A DNA stretch of 62,428 nucleotides, counting the filler, from Sphacelaria rigidula (Eukaryota): NCBI GenBank assembly GCA_964200075.2. It is 8 parts of 8 records of this genome, joined end to end, with 100 filler letters (N's around TTAATTAATTAA, not from the genome) between each part and the next. Parts side by side here need not be neighbours in the genome. Positions count along the whole stretch, not along the records: positions 31,267 to 38,982 come from CAXNAA020013691.1; positions 39,083 to 46,798 come from CAXNAA020013692.1; 6 more parts are not named here. One strand, written 5' to 3'. Shown one piece after another: positions 32,397-43,478 of this stretch. The notes beneath the pieces are model-generated. The model was not told the DNA's origin and ran no database searches. It saw only the letters and a program-made list of their open reading frames with translations. How positions within the stretch are numbered: position 1 is the stretch's first letter; every line of letters starts with the position of its first letter. Made by a program: the position numbers and the translations under genes.

Positions 32397-32639
32397 TCAA
32401 AATATTAAAAATTATAACAGTTGAAAACTCGGAAAATATTTGTGCACCCCTACCGTAGCACCTCTCTGCATACTATATTGAACCTAGTACCCACTAAAGG
32501 TTGCCTTTAAGGCACGTTTGGCGGGTATCAGATTCATCATCACATACAATTTCGACTTCAGTTCGTTCCCCTAGGGGAATCTTGTTCCCAGTTCTTAGGG
32601 TCATCCGTGAGTAGAAACGCGAATACGGGGTTCCCAGAA

Positions 32640-33170
32640 CCGGGGTACAAACCTACGTTACGAACAAAATGCACTGTAGAATAGATGCCGTTCTGTACCC
32701 GGGTATGATACCCTGGTATTTATTCAACCGAATCTCTGGGTAGATTGGGTACAACCTCAACACGTTTCCCAAATAATGTGTAGGTTGTGCATGATCTCAA
32801 TACTCTACCCAATGATTGAGTAAGTACTCTCAGCAATACCCGGGTATAGATAATCACGTAGGTATACTCTCAATACTCTACCCGGACAATAGGGAGAGTT
32901 GGGTATGATCTCAGTTGGCTTTAGTCTCAATACCCTACCCAGATAAGGGTAAATCGGGTATGGCGGCAATACTTCACCCGGAAGGTGGGTGAGTACTGTC
33001 GGTATTGCCCTGGTATGACGGAATCACGCAGGTATGACGTCAAAACTTCGCTCAGTTTTTGGGTAATGTTGGGTACGATGCCAATACTCTACCAAATATT
33101 TTGAGTACTGAGAGTACGACTTCCCTAAACACTCGGGTATCGGGTATACCCTGCACAACGCACCCTTGGA
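32640..33170. repeat. GGGTA/TACCC-motif degenerate repeat element
   Basis: Recurrent CTCAATACTCTACCC, GGGTATG and AATCACG.AGGTAT units; ends CGGGTATACCCTGCACAACGCACCCTTG. Confidence 0.6.
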
Positions 33171-33790
33171 AGTACTTCACCGAGCTCTGCGATGGCTCCC
33201 TGGGTAGGTCTACACGAGCAGACTGCCTCGAGCAATATCATCAATAGGGATAAACAAAACCACTCTTGCCAAGGCCTCCTCAAGAACGCGCAAACGTCGG
33301 AGCCGAGCCCCGCGCCGGAGATCCAACCTGCACGCACCCGACAGTATGCTATCCTCCGCCCTCTTCTCCCCGAACCTCATTACCCCTCACATCCCGCACT
33401 ACGCAATCTTTGTTCGTGAGTAAGCTTCATGCCAAGCAGAGGTATTCGCTAGGCTCTGCGATGGCTACCTGGGTAGACCTACACGAGCAATCTGCCTCGA
33501 ACAACATCATTAATGATAAAACAGAAATATACTCTCGTCAAGTCCTCCTCAAGATATAGGATACTTCTAAGCCACGTGCCGCAGATCGAACCTGCACGCA
33601 CGCGGCAGTGTCCTGTTCCGCGCTCGACATCGCCCAGACCTTTCTCTTATCTCACGCTACGCAACTCTCGTCCACCACATTAAGCTGTATGCGGAGCAAA
33701 GGTACTTCGTCGGTCCCTGCGATGGCTATCTACATAGAACTACGCGAGCAGTCTACCTCGAGCAACATTCTCACCAAGGATAAAAAAGAA
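33170..33790 (+). repeat. Degenerate tandem repeat, ~2.3 units of 261-269 bp
   Basis: The anchor CTGCGATGGCT...CTAC.CGAGCA..CT.CCTCGA.CAA occurs at 33187, 33456 and 33717. Confidence 0.8.
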
Positions 33791-34108
33791 AGTCCGATCA
33801 CGTCCTCCAGATGGATACTCGTGGGCTATGAGCATTGGCGCTACTGAAACGTACATCACCACACATCAATGACACACTGAAATCGAATGACATCACATCA
33901 CGACATCGCCATACTCCCTGAATCCGGCTGTGCTGCCCAAACAACCACTCCCCCCATCATATTTCAAATCTATGCCCTAACACATGGACATAACACGTAA
34001 GGTGAAAAAAAACTCATATTGTCGCGATAATCGAAAGTGGATCACATCTGTGGGGTGCTCTTGGTATGGTACACCACGGTTGGAGCTACACGAAGTTGCC
34101 CCTTGCCT

Positions 34109-35448
34109 TCACTTTCTGCTCTTCTTGTTTTTCTTCTTGTTTTTCTTCTTGTTTTTCTTCTTGATTTTCTTCTCGTTTTTCTTACAAACTGCCACGAGTA
34201 CTCCCTCGCCTTCTTCCACCGCCCCACCCTCGACGTCCTCCACACTGCTGGGCCTCCCTCCCGTCACATCCCCTTCAACTGCCCTCGCTGGTATGGGCTG
34301 CTCGTCACTACTGTTCCCTACCTCGCGGCCTCCGTTACCCATCGACATGCCTGTGCTCAATGGCATACCGTCGACGGAAGAACCCCCCGCATGGGGTGCC
34401 GAGCTCGAGGCCTTCCCGGGAGGCACGGTAGTGGTGGCGTCAGTCGACTGGGCAGCCCGTTCTGTCGACCGTTTGCTGGCGATTTCTTCAGAGGCCGAAG
34501 CAGAGACCACGCCCGCGGGCGGCGTTGTCCCACCTCCGTTTCCGCAAGCGTTGCTCCCAACCCCGCATGTAGCCCCGACAACACCTGGCCGGTGAGAGAT
34601 GGGTGTAGAGGCCATGCTGTCGGTGCGCTCTGGCGGCAATACGCTGGCGACATTGGCCAACCCCTTGTAGTGTTTTCCAAACGTTTCATCGCCGATCCCC
34701 CGAGAGGAGTCTGTCGACCTGCCGAACGTGAACTTGCGACAGCTAGCGCCATCGGCAGATCCAAACACCGACGCAAACGGTACCTTGGCCGAGCGGAATT
34801 TTCCCCCCAAGCTGCCTCCACTCCCACGAGCCTCCTGCCCCTTTGCACCAGTGCTGCCATGGATCTCCTCGCTAGAACCCACGGCGCCTCCTGCCCGCAG
34901 AAAATCAGTCGAAGGTCCCGCTGCTCCGTTGGCGACGCCGGTGTCGGCCAGGAGGTAGGGGTCCTTGCCATCAGGCTTGGCGTTGGAAACATCGATGCCG
35001 TAAGCGGGAGCCCTTCGGCCTCGGCGGGGGATGCGGAGTCCACTACTGCGGGTCTTAACATGTACCTGTCGAGCAGCGGTAGGTGACACTCCGACGGCAA
35101 ATACGTTCACCCCGCCCACCGCACCCGTCCCATCGCCGCATGGATCACTGATAGTGCCCTCCCGAGATGGAGAGTCAGCCGCCGCCGACGAGCGACAACC
35201 CATAGCAGCTGGGCCGCCTCCCCTAGTAGCTTCTCCTCCCACGCCAGCAACGACGTCCACTTCGCCCACAGATTCGGTGTCATGCCTCCGAGAGTCTGCG
35301 ATGGCCGTAGCCTTCTGGGACAGTGAAGGAACACTTCCCGACGCAACACGATCTCGAGCACCGATATCATCCATAAATGTGAGGCACCATCTGGCGAAAG
35401 GTCCCAGTCTCTGGACTTGTGCGAGCGCCCGGCAGATATCGACGACAC
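34109..35448 (-). CDS. Unidentified gene, large terminal exon (G/S/A-rich, C-terminal KKKN repeats)
   Basis: cccag|gt VVDICRALAQVQRLGPFARWCLTFMDDIGARD... open for 446 codons to TGA. The phase matches the donor at 36094. Confidence 0.7.
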
Positions 35449-36094
35449 CTGGGCGACAGGAAGCATCGGCCCCAAAGCGTTAGTCGATCAAGGGACCGTT
35501 GCATAGATTTGTCTTCCGTGCGTGTTTTGAGCTGGTGGCCCGACGTTTTCATATGAATTGTACGAAGGGGTTTGCCACTCCCTTATGAAAATAGATTACC
35601 TTTCTTTTGAGGTCACGCAACTGGCGAGGTTACACCAACGCGGCTCACAGTTAATTCCAGCTGCGTACTGCATTGCCATCTGCTATGAACCTTTGTCGCG
35701 CAATGGTACGGGCTGAATCTTACCCCCTTCCCCCCATGCCCCTCTGCTTTGTAGGGATGCGAGGTCTATGGTCTTATGACTATGGCATGCATGATCATGA
35801 GTACACCCCCCATGCCCCTCCACGGATAACATGAGCACTACTCTACCAAGGAAAACGGAAGCGAAATAGGGATATGCTTCACTCCCACTCTTGTATAGTC
35901 GCAGCCACATACACACGAGATTTGACAAAAAGTGTCGAACACAAAAATGATCCGGAGTAGCACGATCGAAACGTCGTCGCGGTTTGGCCATACACAGTCA
36001 AGGGTACAAGACGTGAACGGGATATCCCCGACAATGATGCCGTGGGGTAGCGACAAGAAGTCAGAGTCAAGGCACATCAAGCCTTCATACTCAC

Positions 36095-36336
36095 CCATAA
36101 TCTGAATCAGCGGGCGCTGCGTATCCTTAACAGACCAGGGAAGATGGCGTCGAGCTATAGCCCAGACCTGCGCAATTCTGTCGTCGGACTGTTTCCGCAG
36201 GGCCACCTCTACATCTGTTTTGTGGTCAGCAAGCACAAGAGCAGCGAGGGAGTCGGCGGCGATGTGGTTTTAAAAGATATCACAACTGCTGCCACGAGTT
36301 TGATGTTTCTCCCCCGACAGCGGGTACAGGGCGCGA
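36095..36336 (-). CDS. Upstream exon of the same gene; contains an in-frame TAA (36270-36272)
   Basis: aacag|t RALYPLSGEKHQTRGSSCDIF*NHIAADSLAALVLADHK...RPLIQIM g|gtgagt. Strong donor; the 5' boundary is uncertain. Confidence 0.5.
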
Positions 36337-38982
36337 CTGTTCCGCAAGCGAGCATAACCGAGGAAAGTTAGCCCCATTTCTCAATGCGCTTGGCCTCAGA
36401 GCATGAATACACATACTAGACGCGCAGGTTACAGCGACACGCGACTTGGATTTGGTGGCCGTCACTGGGAGAACTGCAGAGGCACGCGTGATTGTTGCTA
36501 CATCCGCCCGTGTGATATCTCACAGCACGGTATGGAATGCTTGGTACCGCCTTGACTCAAATAGTAGCACAACGCGGTTGTGCTAGGTCGTTCGACACAC
36601 CGGTGAGCCCATTTTTCGTGGAATCGAACACACACGCCCCCCCTATCGTAGCATGACTCCACATCGACACCTGGATGACTTGCAGGCCATGCAGGAACGA
36701 CCTGCTTCGGTGCTCCGACTGGTCTAGTGTCATGTTTCATACCTCCCCAACAAAAGCAAGACACAGTGGAGTCAGTACACGCAATAAAATATGCAGTCAC
36801 AGTCATACTAGCACAAAGCTGTAGAGCAAACCCATAGCTACCTCCTTCATCAAACCCTGTTCAATTCCACCCTTCACAGCGCACAAGCTGGCGACGGATA
36901 TATGTAAATGTTGGCACAGTAGGTGATACACTCATTATCTAAACGTGATGGTCATTTTTCAATCTGGCATCTGAAACGCAATCGCACGGAACTCACGCTG
37001 CAATGACTGACGTAAAATGTCACTATACACTCACGCAGCGCATTCTAGCAGCCACGCTTTAAGTCAAGGACGTGTTCGTAGCATCACCCCAGGCCTTTTA
37101 TGTCCAAGGGTTCGTCTTTTACCTCGGTTCTTTTTCTTGCGGGAACGGTGGGTCACGTTGGAGCATGGAGGACTGGTTGACCCGCGTCTTTGCTATCCAA
37201 AGTAAGTAAATCTATTTCAGGTGCTGTATGGGTAGAGATACCATCCACCTCTGTGTAGGGTGTTCGAGCTTAAAAGACGCGGTTGAAACGCTTGCTAACA
37301 GCAACAAAAGAGGGACATCAACTGTTTGCCGCACGTGGCTCTTGCTGGCGAAAAGAAGCTCTCAAGGCCTCGTATTACACTAGCGAACGGAGCGCGTTTT
37401 TGATACACATGATGCACGAAGGACCGTCATCAGTCATTCGTGTGTGCAGAAAGGGTAATCCTACGATAGGGAGTGGTGGTAGTAATGGTGGGAGAATGTT
37501 TGATTCCACGAAAAAAGGGTCATGGGGGTGTCAGACGACCTAACATACTCGCGGTGCGCTTGCATTTGGGTGACAACGGTGCCAAGCAGTATGAATAGGT
37601 GTTATTTATCGGTAACACCCGCGGTCGAACAGCTGGTGCTGATTTCGTGGAAGAAATGGCCTCAACTACCTCCCTCCCCCCCTTATTTTAGGATTACCAT
37701 TGCTAATGATGTAAAATTTATGCTCGGTCGATCATCCTTTTCTTCGTCTTCAGAAATCTGTACAGAACTTGCTGTGTAGTCAGTCAGGGTTGGCTACCAA
37801 ACCCAAACCAAGTACTAATCGATGCCCTGTAATTCGTCAGATTATCAAACGTCTGTTGCGCTCTTCAACAATGTAGGGGACTCGGGGGGCTCCCAGGACA
37901 CCATTTTAACATGGACTCTACAACATACTATGAGATTTTTCGGCTGATGCTCAACCAGTCACATCGGGCAAGGGTGAGAGACCAAAGTGACCAACATCTA
38001 GCAAAAGTTTTGTTCATCTTTCATTCGAAACACGTACGCGGTAACCGCTGCCACTGCGCTTGACACAACGTGGTCATGGCGTCAAGAGCAGCTCGGGGCT
38101 TCCGTAGTGGAAAAGACTCGATTTGAGTACGAAATCTACCTGCATTCATTCCGTTTCGAGTATAGTGTCGGAATTCATCAAGAAACCCCGGGTCTCTCCG
38201 GCTTTAGGCTTATTATCTTTGGCGATGCCCTCATCCTCGACCACACAGCAACGCATCAACGGGAAACACCAACGAGCAGCGAGGACGACAAAGGAAATCC
38301 TACTCAAGCGCCGACTGGGAATTACGCGCGGCAATTAATGAACCACAGAATCTACCATTCCCGCGTCTCCTCTTCGGTGACGGCTGGCTGCAGCATGATT
38401 GGGGGCACAGGCCGCCAGCACCTACCGTGCACAAGGAGGGATGGAGTATCAATAGTGTTGACCATTTGGCAGGGCAAGTTTGGCCCACGTGGTTTTAGTA
38501 TGGACACCAAATTCGGATTTTGTATGGGGGCGGTGCCCCTAGCGTGCGCAAGTGTGCGTAGAACGTGCTTTTGTCTAAATCGTCGCCGTTAGAGGTCTGG
38601 CAAATGCGCACTTTGTCTAGGGAACCGTTTGCACCCCAGTTGCGCGATGCTTCTCGGTATGGCTTCGTTGGAGTAAGGGTTAGGGTGAGGGTTGGAGTTA
38701 GAGTGATTCGAAATCATGAATTTCCAAGGAACTTCTTCATCCTACCAAGTGGTAAATTCATCTCTGGAGTTTTCGGCAGTCGGTGGCACCTGATGCAGGT
38801 AACCACATAGACTCTGGCGGCACATTTGTCCGCAATAGATGAGCTTGCTGTTGACCCATGTTTGCTTTGATTTCAATAATCCCTCGATGGTATTAATGAA
38901 ATAAACGTAATGAGCTGCGGAAGAAACGTAATGAGCGCCAGAATTTCGGAGGTGTCTCTACTAGGAGTAGGAACGGTGCTCC

Positions 38983-39082
38983 NNNNNNNNNNNNNNNNNN
39001 NNNNNNNNNNNNNNNNNNNNNNNNNNTTAATTAATTAANNNNNNNNNNNNNNNNNNNNNNNNNNNNNNNNNNNNNNNNNNNN
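38983..39082. other. Artificial contig linker
   Basis: N44-TTAATTAATTAA-N44. Confidence 0.98.
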
Positions 39083-39458
39083 AAGAAAAATGTCTGACAA
39101 ACAAAGGAAAGAAAGATAAAAAAAAACCCCCCCCCCCCCCCCCCCCACTTCTGCTGTTCTTGGACGAGTGTTTCCGGATTATGACCACGGCTGGGTCATG
39201 ACTCCTGGGGGATCAGTTAATACGCGACAATCAACAACCGAATCAACGAAAATCAACCAAAACCAATCAATCAATTGCAGCTGGTAGAGAGACATCGCCA
39301 CCATGGACCCCTCTTGACGGCGGCAACACTCCACGGTAGCGGCGAGATCACTACGTGCGTTTTTCGTACGCAAGGCGTACAGCCATCTCGCTCGCTTCCG
39401 TTGCAGTCCACGTGATCATGACTTGCACACCATGCAATCTTTGTCTTGTCCATGACAG

Positions 39459-39599
39459 ACCCTGCGAGAGGTGTCACACCTGGGCTTGTCTATCTACGGG
39501 AATGGATGGGATCGGAGCGAACGCGCGGCGGAATTTATGCCATTCTGGAGAGGCATTCTACCGCAGAGAAACATAGCTGCCCTCTACAGTGGCGCGAAG
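39459..39599 (+). CDS. Glycosyltransferase (Glyco_trans_1_2 / CgeB-like GT-B domain), exon
   Basis: gacag|TLREVSHLGLSIYGNGWDRSERAAEFMPFWRGILPQRNIAALYSGAK|gtacgc. The L.IYG.GW and G.LP....LY..AK patterns are typical of this domain. Confidence 0.85.
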
Positions 39600-41102
39600 G
39601 TACGCCGCAGAGCCAGGATGACAACCTTTTTTTTTCACCGCTACCCGGTAATCGCAGGCCTGAGACTCGCAGTGACGACCCGCCGTAAAATTGCGGTGGG
39701 TCACGTCGCGCCCAGGTTCACGTTGACCTCCAGCATGAGCTTGTGACATATCGATGTGATCCCCTCAAAGGCGTAAGTGGGGCACAATAGTTGGCTTGAA
39801 AATTGAAAGGGGAGTTCGAACGTGAAGGGTTTGTCTTGGCCAACGGATTTGACCCACGATTCATGTCAGCGAAAGGGTGGGTTCTCCGTACTGGTGTTTC
39901 TTCCGTTCTCACTTGTCATTCCTCCTCTTCCCCGGGACGAACCCGTGGTCTATTGGTCTAATGCTCTCAAGGGATCGACTAATGCCTTTCGCGGTGTATT
40001 TGTGTATATGTATCGTTGGTGCTGACAGTGGAAATCGATTTCTTCTTGTTTGAAATGTTTGAAAACCATACTCCACGGGATGAACTCGGCATCTACAGGA
40101 CGAGGCCGTCTTAAGCGACCTATCCCTTTGATGACTCGCGGCTATGAATAAACCGCCGTTGTCTTTGGGTCCGCATCGGTGGTCCGGTTTTGATACGTTC
40201 GCTACTGAGATGCGCTGTGGGGACTTGCTCCGCGCACGGTAGAGGTTCATTTTCGGGGGGTCGACTGACGAGTAACGTGGTGATGACGCGCTCGCTCATC
40301 GGCTTTTTTAAAGACCGATAGACCAGGGTGTGCGTATTGAACCTACCACCTCGTGGTGTAGCTATTTGCGACGATCGACGCCTCATCGTTTTCACACAAA
40401 ACTGGGCGAATGGCCATCTAACGCGTCACATTTTGGTGGGACTGTCAACCTGGTGCACGTGGCCTTGGTGTATTGTGCGTACATTGAACAACCTCGCGAC
40501 ATTGTTTTGGTGAGTAACATAGTACACACGTCGGTAACGACATCGGGATGTGGAACGTTGCAACATGTCTCGCCCTCCCCCCCCTTTGGCCACTTGGAAT
40601 TCTACTGAACTAGCTTGTCGCAGGCGGCGTGGTCATGATGTAGAAAACGAAGCAAGACAGTGATGAGGAGAGCGTTCGATCTCTGTCACTGGAGAATATC
40701 AAGAAATAGTTCAAAGCACGAGGTTAAGCCCTGCTTTCGATACCTGAGAATATATAGTGCACACGCCTCTTTCACCGGGCGTGGTTCACGACATGCTTTC
40801 TCGGAACTATAGATCCTGCTTTGAATATCTGAGGAAGTGAGGTGTACGCCCCTCATACCAGGAATGATGTATGTCATACTTTCTGAATAACACGTGAGTA
40901 TGGCTATAACTGAAGCTCTTAGGGAAGCCTCGACAGGAGTGGCTCATGATGACGAGAGAGGGGGGTCATGCACGGTTGTCAACTGCTTACGGTTGTCAAC
41001 TGCTTAGGCGTGTGCGAGTGTTGAGCTCATCCCAAACCACTTATTCGCCGCGCGAGATAGCCGCATTTGTGCGTATTCACGGCATGTCTTCGGATCGCAT
41101 AG

Positions 41103-41195
41103 GTTGTGCTGGCGACTACGGAGGAGAAACAACGAGAGCTCGGCATGGTCAACAATCGAGTTTTCGAGGCTCTCGCTTGTGGGGCTGCCGTTGTG
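41103..41195 (+). CDS. Glycosyltransferase exon with the NNRVFEALACG signature
   Basis: catag|VVLATTEEKQRELGMVNNRVFEALACGAAVV|gtatgc. Not in the ORF track in this frame. Confidence 0.9.
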
Positions 41196-41786
41196 GTATG
41201 CTGTAGTTTCAAAACAATGAATGCGACAATCGTTTCATGTAGAATAGGAGTGAATTTCAAGTCCTGTCGCTTTTGAAAAACGGTTACTCTCCTCTCGATT
41301 CCCCGCCACAGAACGCAATCTGTGGCCAGTTGCAGATGGCCAATAGCGCTCTTATGCACAAGAGCGCATCCTCGTGTCCATGCAACGAAAGTGGTCACAC
41401 TGGGGACAGCGTTTTCATGCAGGCCATGCCTACGCCCTTTGGGGCTCAAACAGACGCCACCTTTTCTCACAATCCTATCAAGTGAACCTAGAGCAGGGGC
41501 GAACATTCCTACCCAAAAAATATTCCCATATCCTGCATCATGTGAAGGGTACATCAATTCGGCACATCTGAAGCGGACTGTTTACGCCATTTTATTCGAC
41601 TCCACATTATCTCAGCTTTTGAGCAGTACAAACGAAACGGTTTTCGACGTCACCTTGAAATGTACCATCATTTGCACTCAAAGAATAGAGCAGTCTTCTC
41701 CCCTCGTCCACCAATCATAAAACTAGCCTTCGCGCGACCCTTCTTCTCGCATGCGTGTGCGTTGTATATGCCACCACGCTCGTCAG

Positions 41787-41873
41787 ACGGATGCGTTTCC
41801 TGCTTTAACAGAAATCTTCGGAGATCATGTCCTCTACTACCGTAAACCAGGAGAGGCGAGGAGATCCGTCGAG
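41787..41873 (+). CDS. Glycosyltransferase exon
   Basis: gtcag|TDAFPALTEIFGDHVLYYRKPGEARRSVE|gtgggc. Supplies the expected V[ST]D....L.E.F continuation. Confidence 0.88.
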
Positions 41874-42134
41874 GTGGGCAGTGCGAAGGCTCCACGCTCG
41901 GATTGTCGGGGCATGTTGTGGTGATGCTGTCACAGTATTTGCACTTGGACCCGTTGCCACCCCTACCCCTATTTACCCAACAAAAGCGCTATTACGTGGC
42001 GTGTTTATTTTGGCCGCTCCACTATTTACACATGACGCCCGTCCCCATGTCACACGGTATACGCGCACGTCTGTGTTCAACGTACACATGAACTTCACGC
42101 CATGATCGCCTCACGGGGTGGACATGAAAAATAG

Positions 42135-43478
42135 TTCCTGCTGGAAAACGCGGCCGCTAGAGAGGAGCTTGGCATCGCGGGTAGGCGTCTCATTACTTCA
42201 TTCCATTCCTACCACTCCCGTGTACACTCCATCTTGTCAGTCACGGAGCACGTTTTGTTGCTTCGAAGAATGCGGGCACGCGATGTTCCCGGTTCTGCAT
42301 CCGCGGCCGCTGGCGAAGTATCGGGGTATGACAAAAAAAACAAGGGATCTACTCGAAAAAACAAAAGCGAGAGTCAGCGGTCCGTAATTGCTGCTGTGGA
42401 AGGTTCTACAGGGTCAGGAATGAATAGCACCGGTTTTCACTGCGTTTCCGCGAGGGGGGGTGCGGGGCAACCAGCGAATGCGGCGGAATGTGCACCTCCG
42501 GAGGAATGGAATAATGGAACTGATGAAAGTTTTCCCGTAGGACTACAGGTCCCACTAGCTAACGAAGGCAAGGTACAGGAGTACCACCAACCACCGCGGT
42601 TGATTCCGATAGTATCGCACGAAATCAACACACAAGAGGACGCAACAACCGGAGACGGGGCCGTTCGTATGACGACCGATGATCGAAATCGTGCTCACAG
42701 TGGCGGGGATCGTGGTGGGAGGAATGATGATCATTTCCGTACTTCGCAGCTAGCACAGCCGCGGATGCGCGACTGTGGCGATCTCCCGCGGCCCAATGCA
42801 CCGTCTGTCTTGCTGATATATCGTGAAGATAGACCAGCTCCTTCGCCATCACTCTTGTGGGACCTTAAACACGCGGCAAACGCGGTGTCGGGTGGGTTCC
42901 GGTTGTGCGTTTCGAGACCTTACCAGACAAAATCACCCTCCAGAAAATCCGAGGATGAGTCGTGTATAGACGACATCCGGTCAGAAGCAGACGCTACTGG
43001 CGAGTTATCGTCCAGTGATGGTGTCAGCGGTTGTACCGTCGACCGGGCTCTTGAGGGTCACTCCAAGACAGCGATTCTCCCGACAGACACAGAGGAGTTG
43101 TGCGGTGACTGTACAGGCTCGAGGATGGTTGGAACATCATCCACACCACGCCTGAGCCCAAGCGGCCGAGCATCGTCATGCTGCAAAAATATCGTTAACG
43201 ACGCCGGAGGTGGCAATGAGGATGTTTTGCGAGTGGTGCGGGAGCTTGAACAGCAGTTGGAATCGCTGATGCTTCTGCGAGATCCGAGAAAGCCGGGGTA
43301 CCACGAAAGTACATCTTGCACGGGTGGTGGTGGCTGCAACGATGATGATCACGTGGGGTTTCAGGAGCCAGGCATGGATGCTGCAGCAACTACAGATGCT
43401 GATCGTGCACTGAGGGAGGCCATCAAGCTTCTGTGCCGACCGCGTTCGCAATTTGACCTCGTGCTGGTGTTCGCAGAG
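42135..43478 (+). CDS. Glycosyltransferase gene, large exon (domain end plus long low-complexity region)
   Basis: aatag|FLLENAAAREELGIAGRRLITSFHSYHSRVHSIL (the canonical R..+...GR.....H[ST]Y..R...IL domain end), open for 448 codons to FDLVLVFAE|gtgagc. Weaker further candidate exons begin at 43989 and at 46344-46534. Confidence 0.85.

Noticed and set aside
31326-32424. Poly-Ile/poly-Asn/poly-Met ORFs of up to 335 aa
   Set aside because: They are translations of an AAT/GAT microsatellite, not protein-like sequence.
34037-35483. Long plus-strand and alternate-frame ORFs (349, 247, 203 and 150 aa)
   Set aside because: Shadows of the GC-rich minus-strand exon 34109-35448, which has the compatible splice site.
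40328-40608. Exon-like ORFs with a GTGAGT donor
   Set aside because: The flanking glycosyltransferase exons join directly (SGAK|VVLA) into an uninterrupted domain, so this region is intronic.
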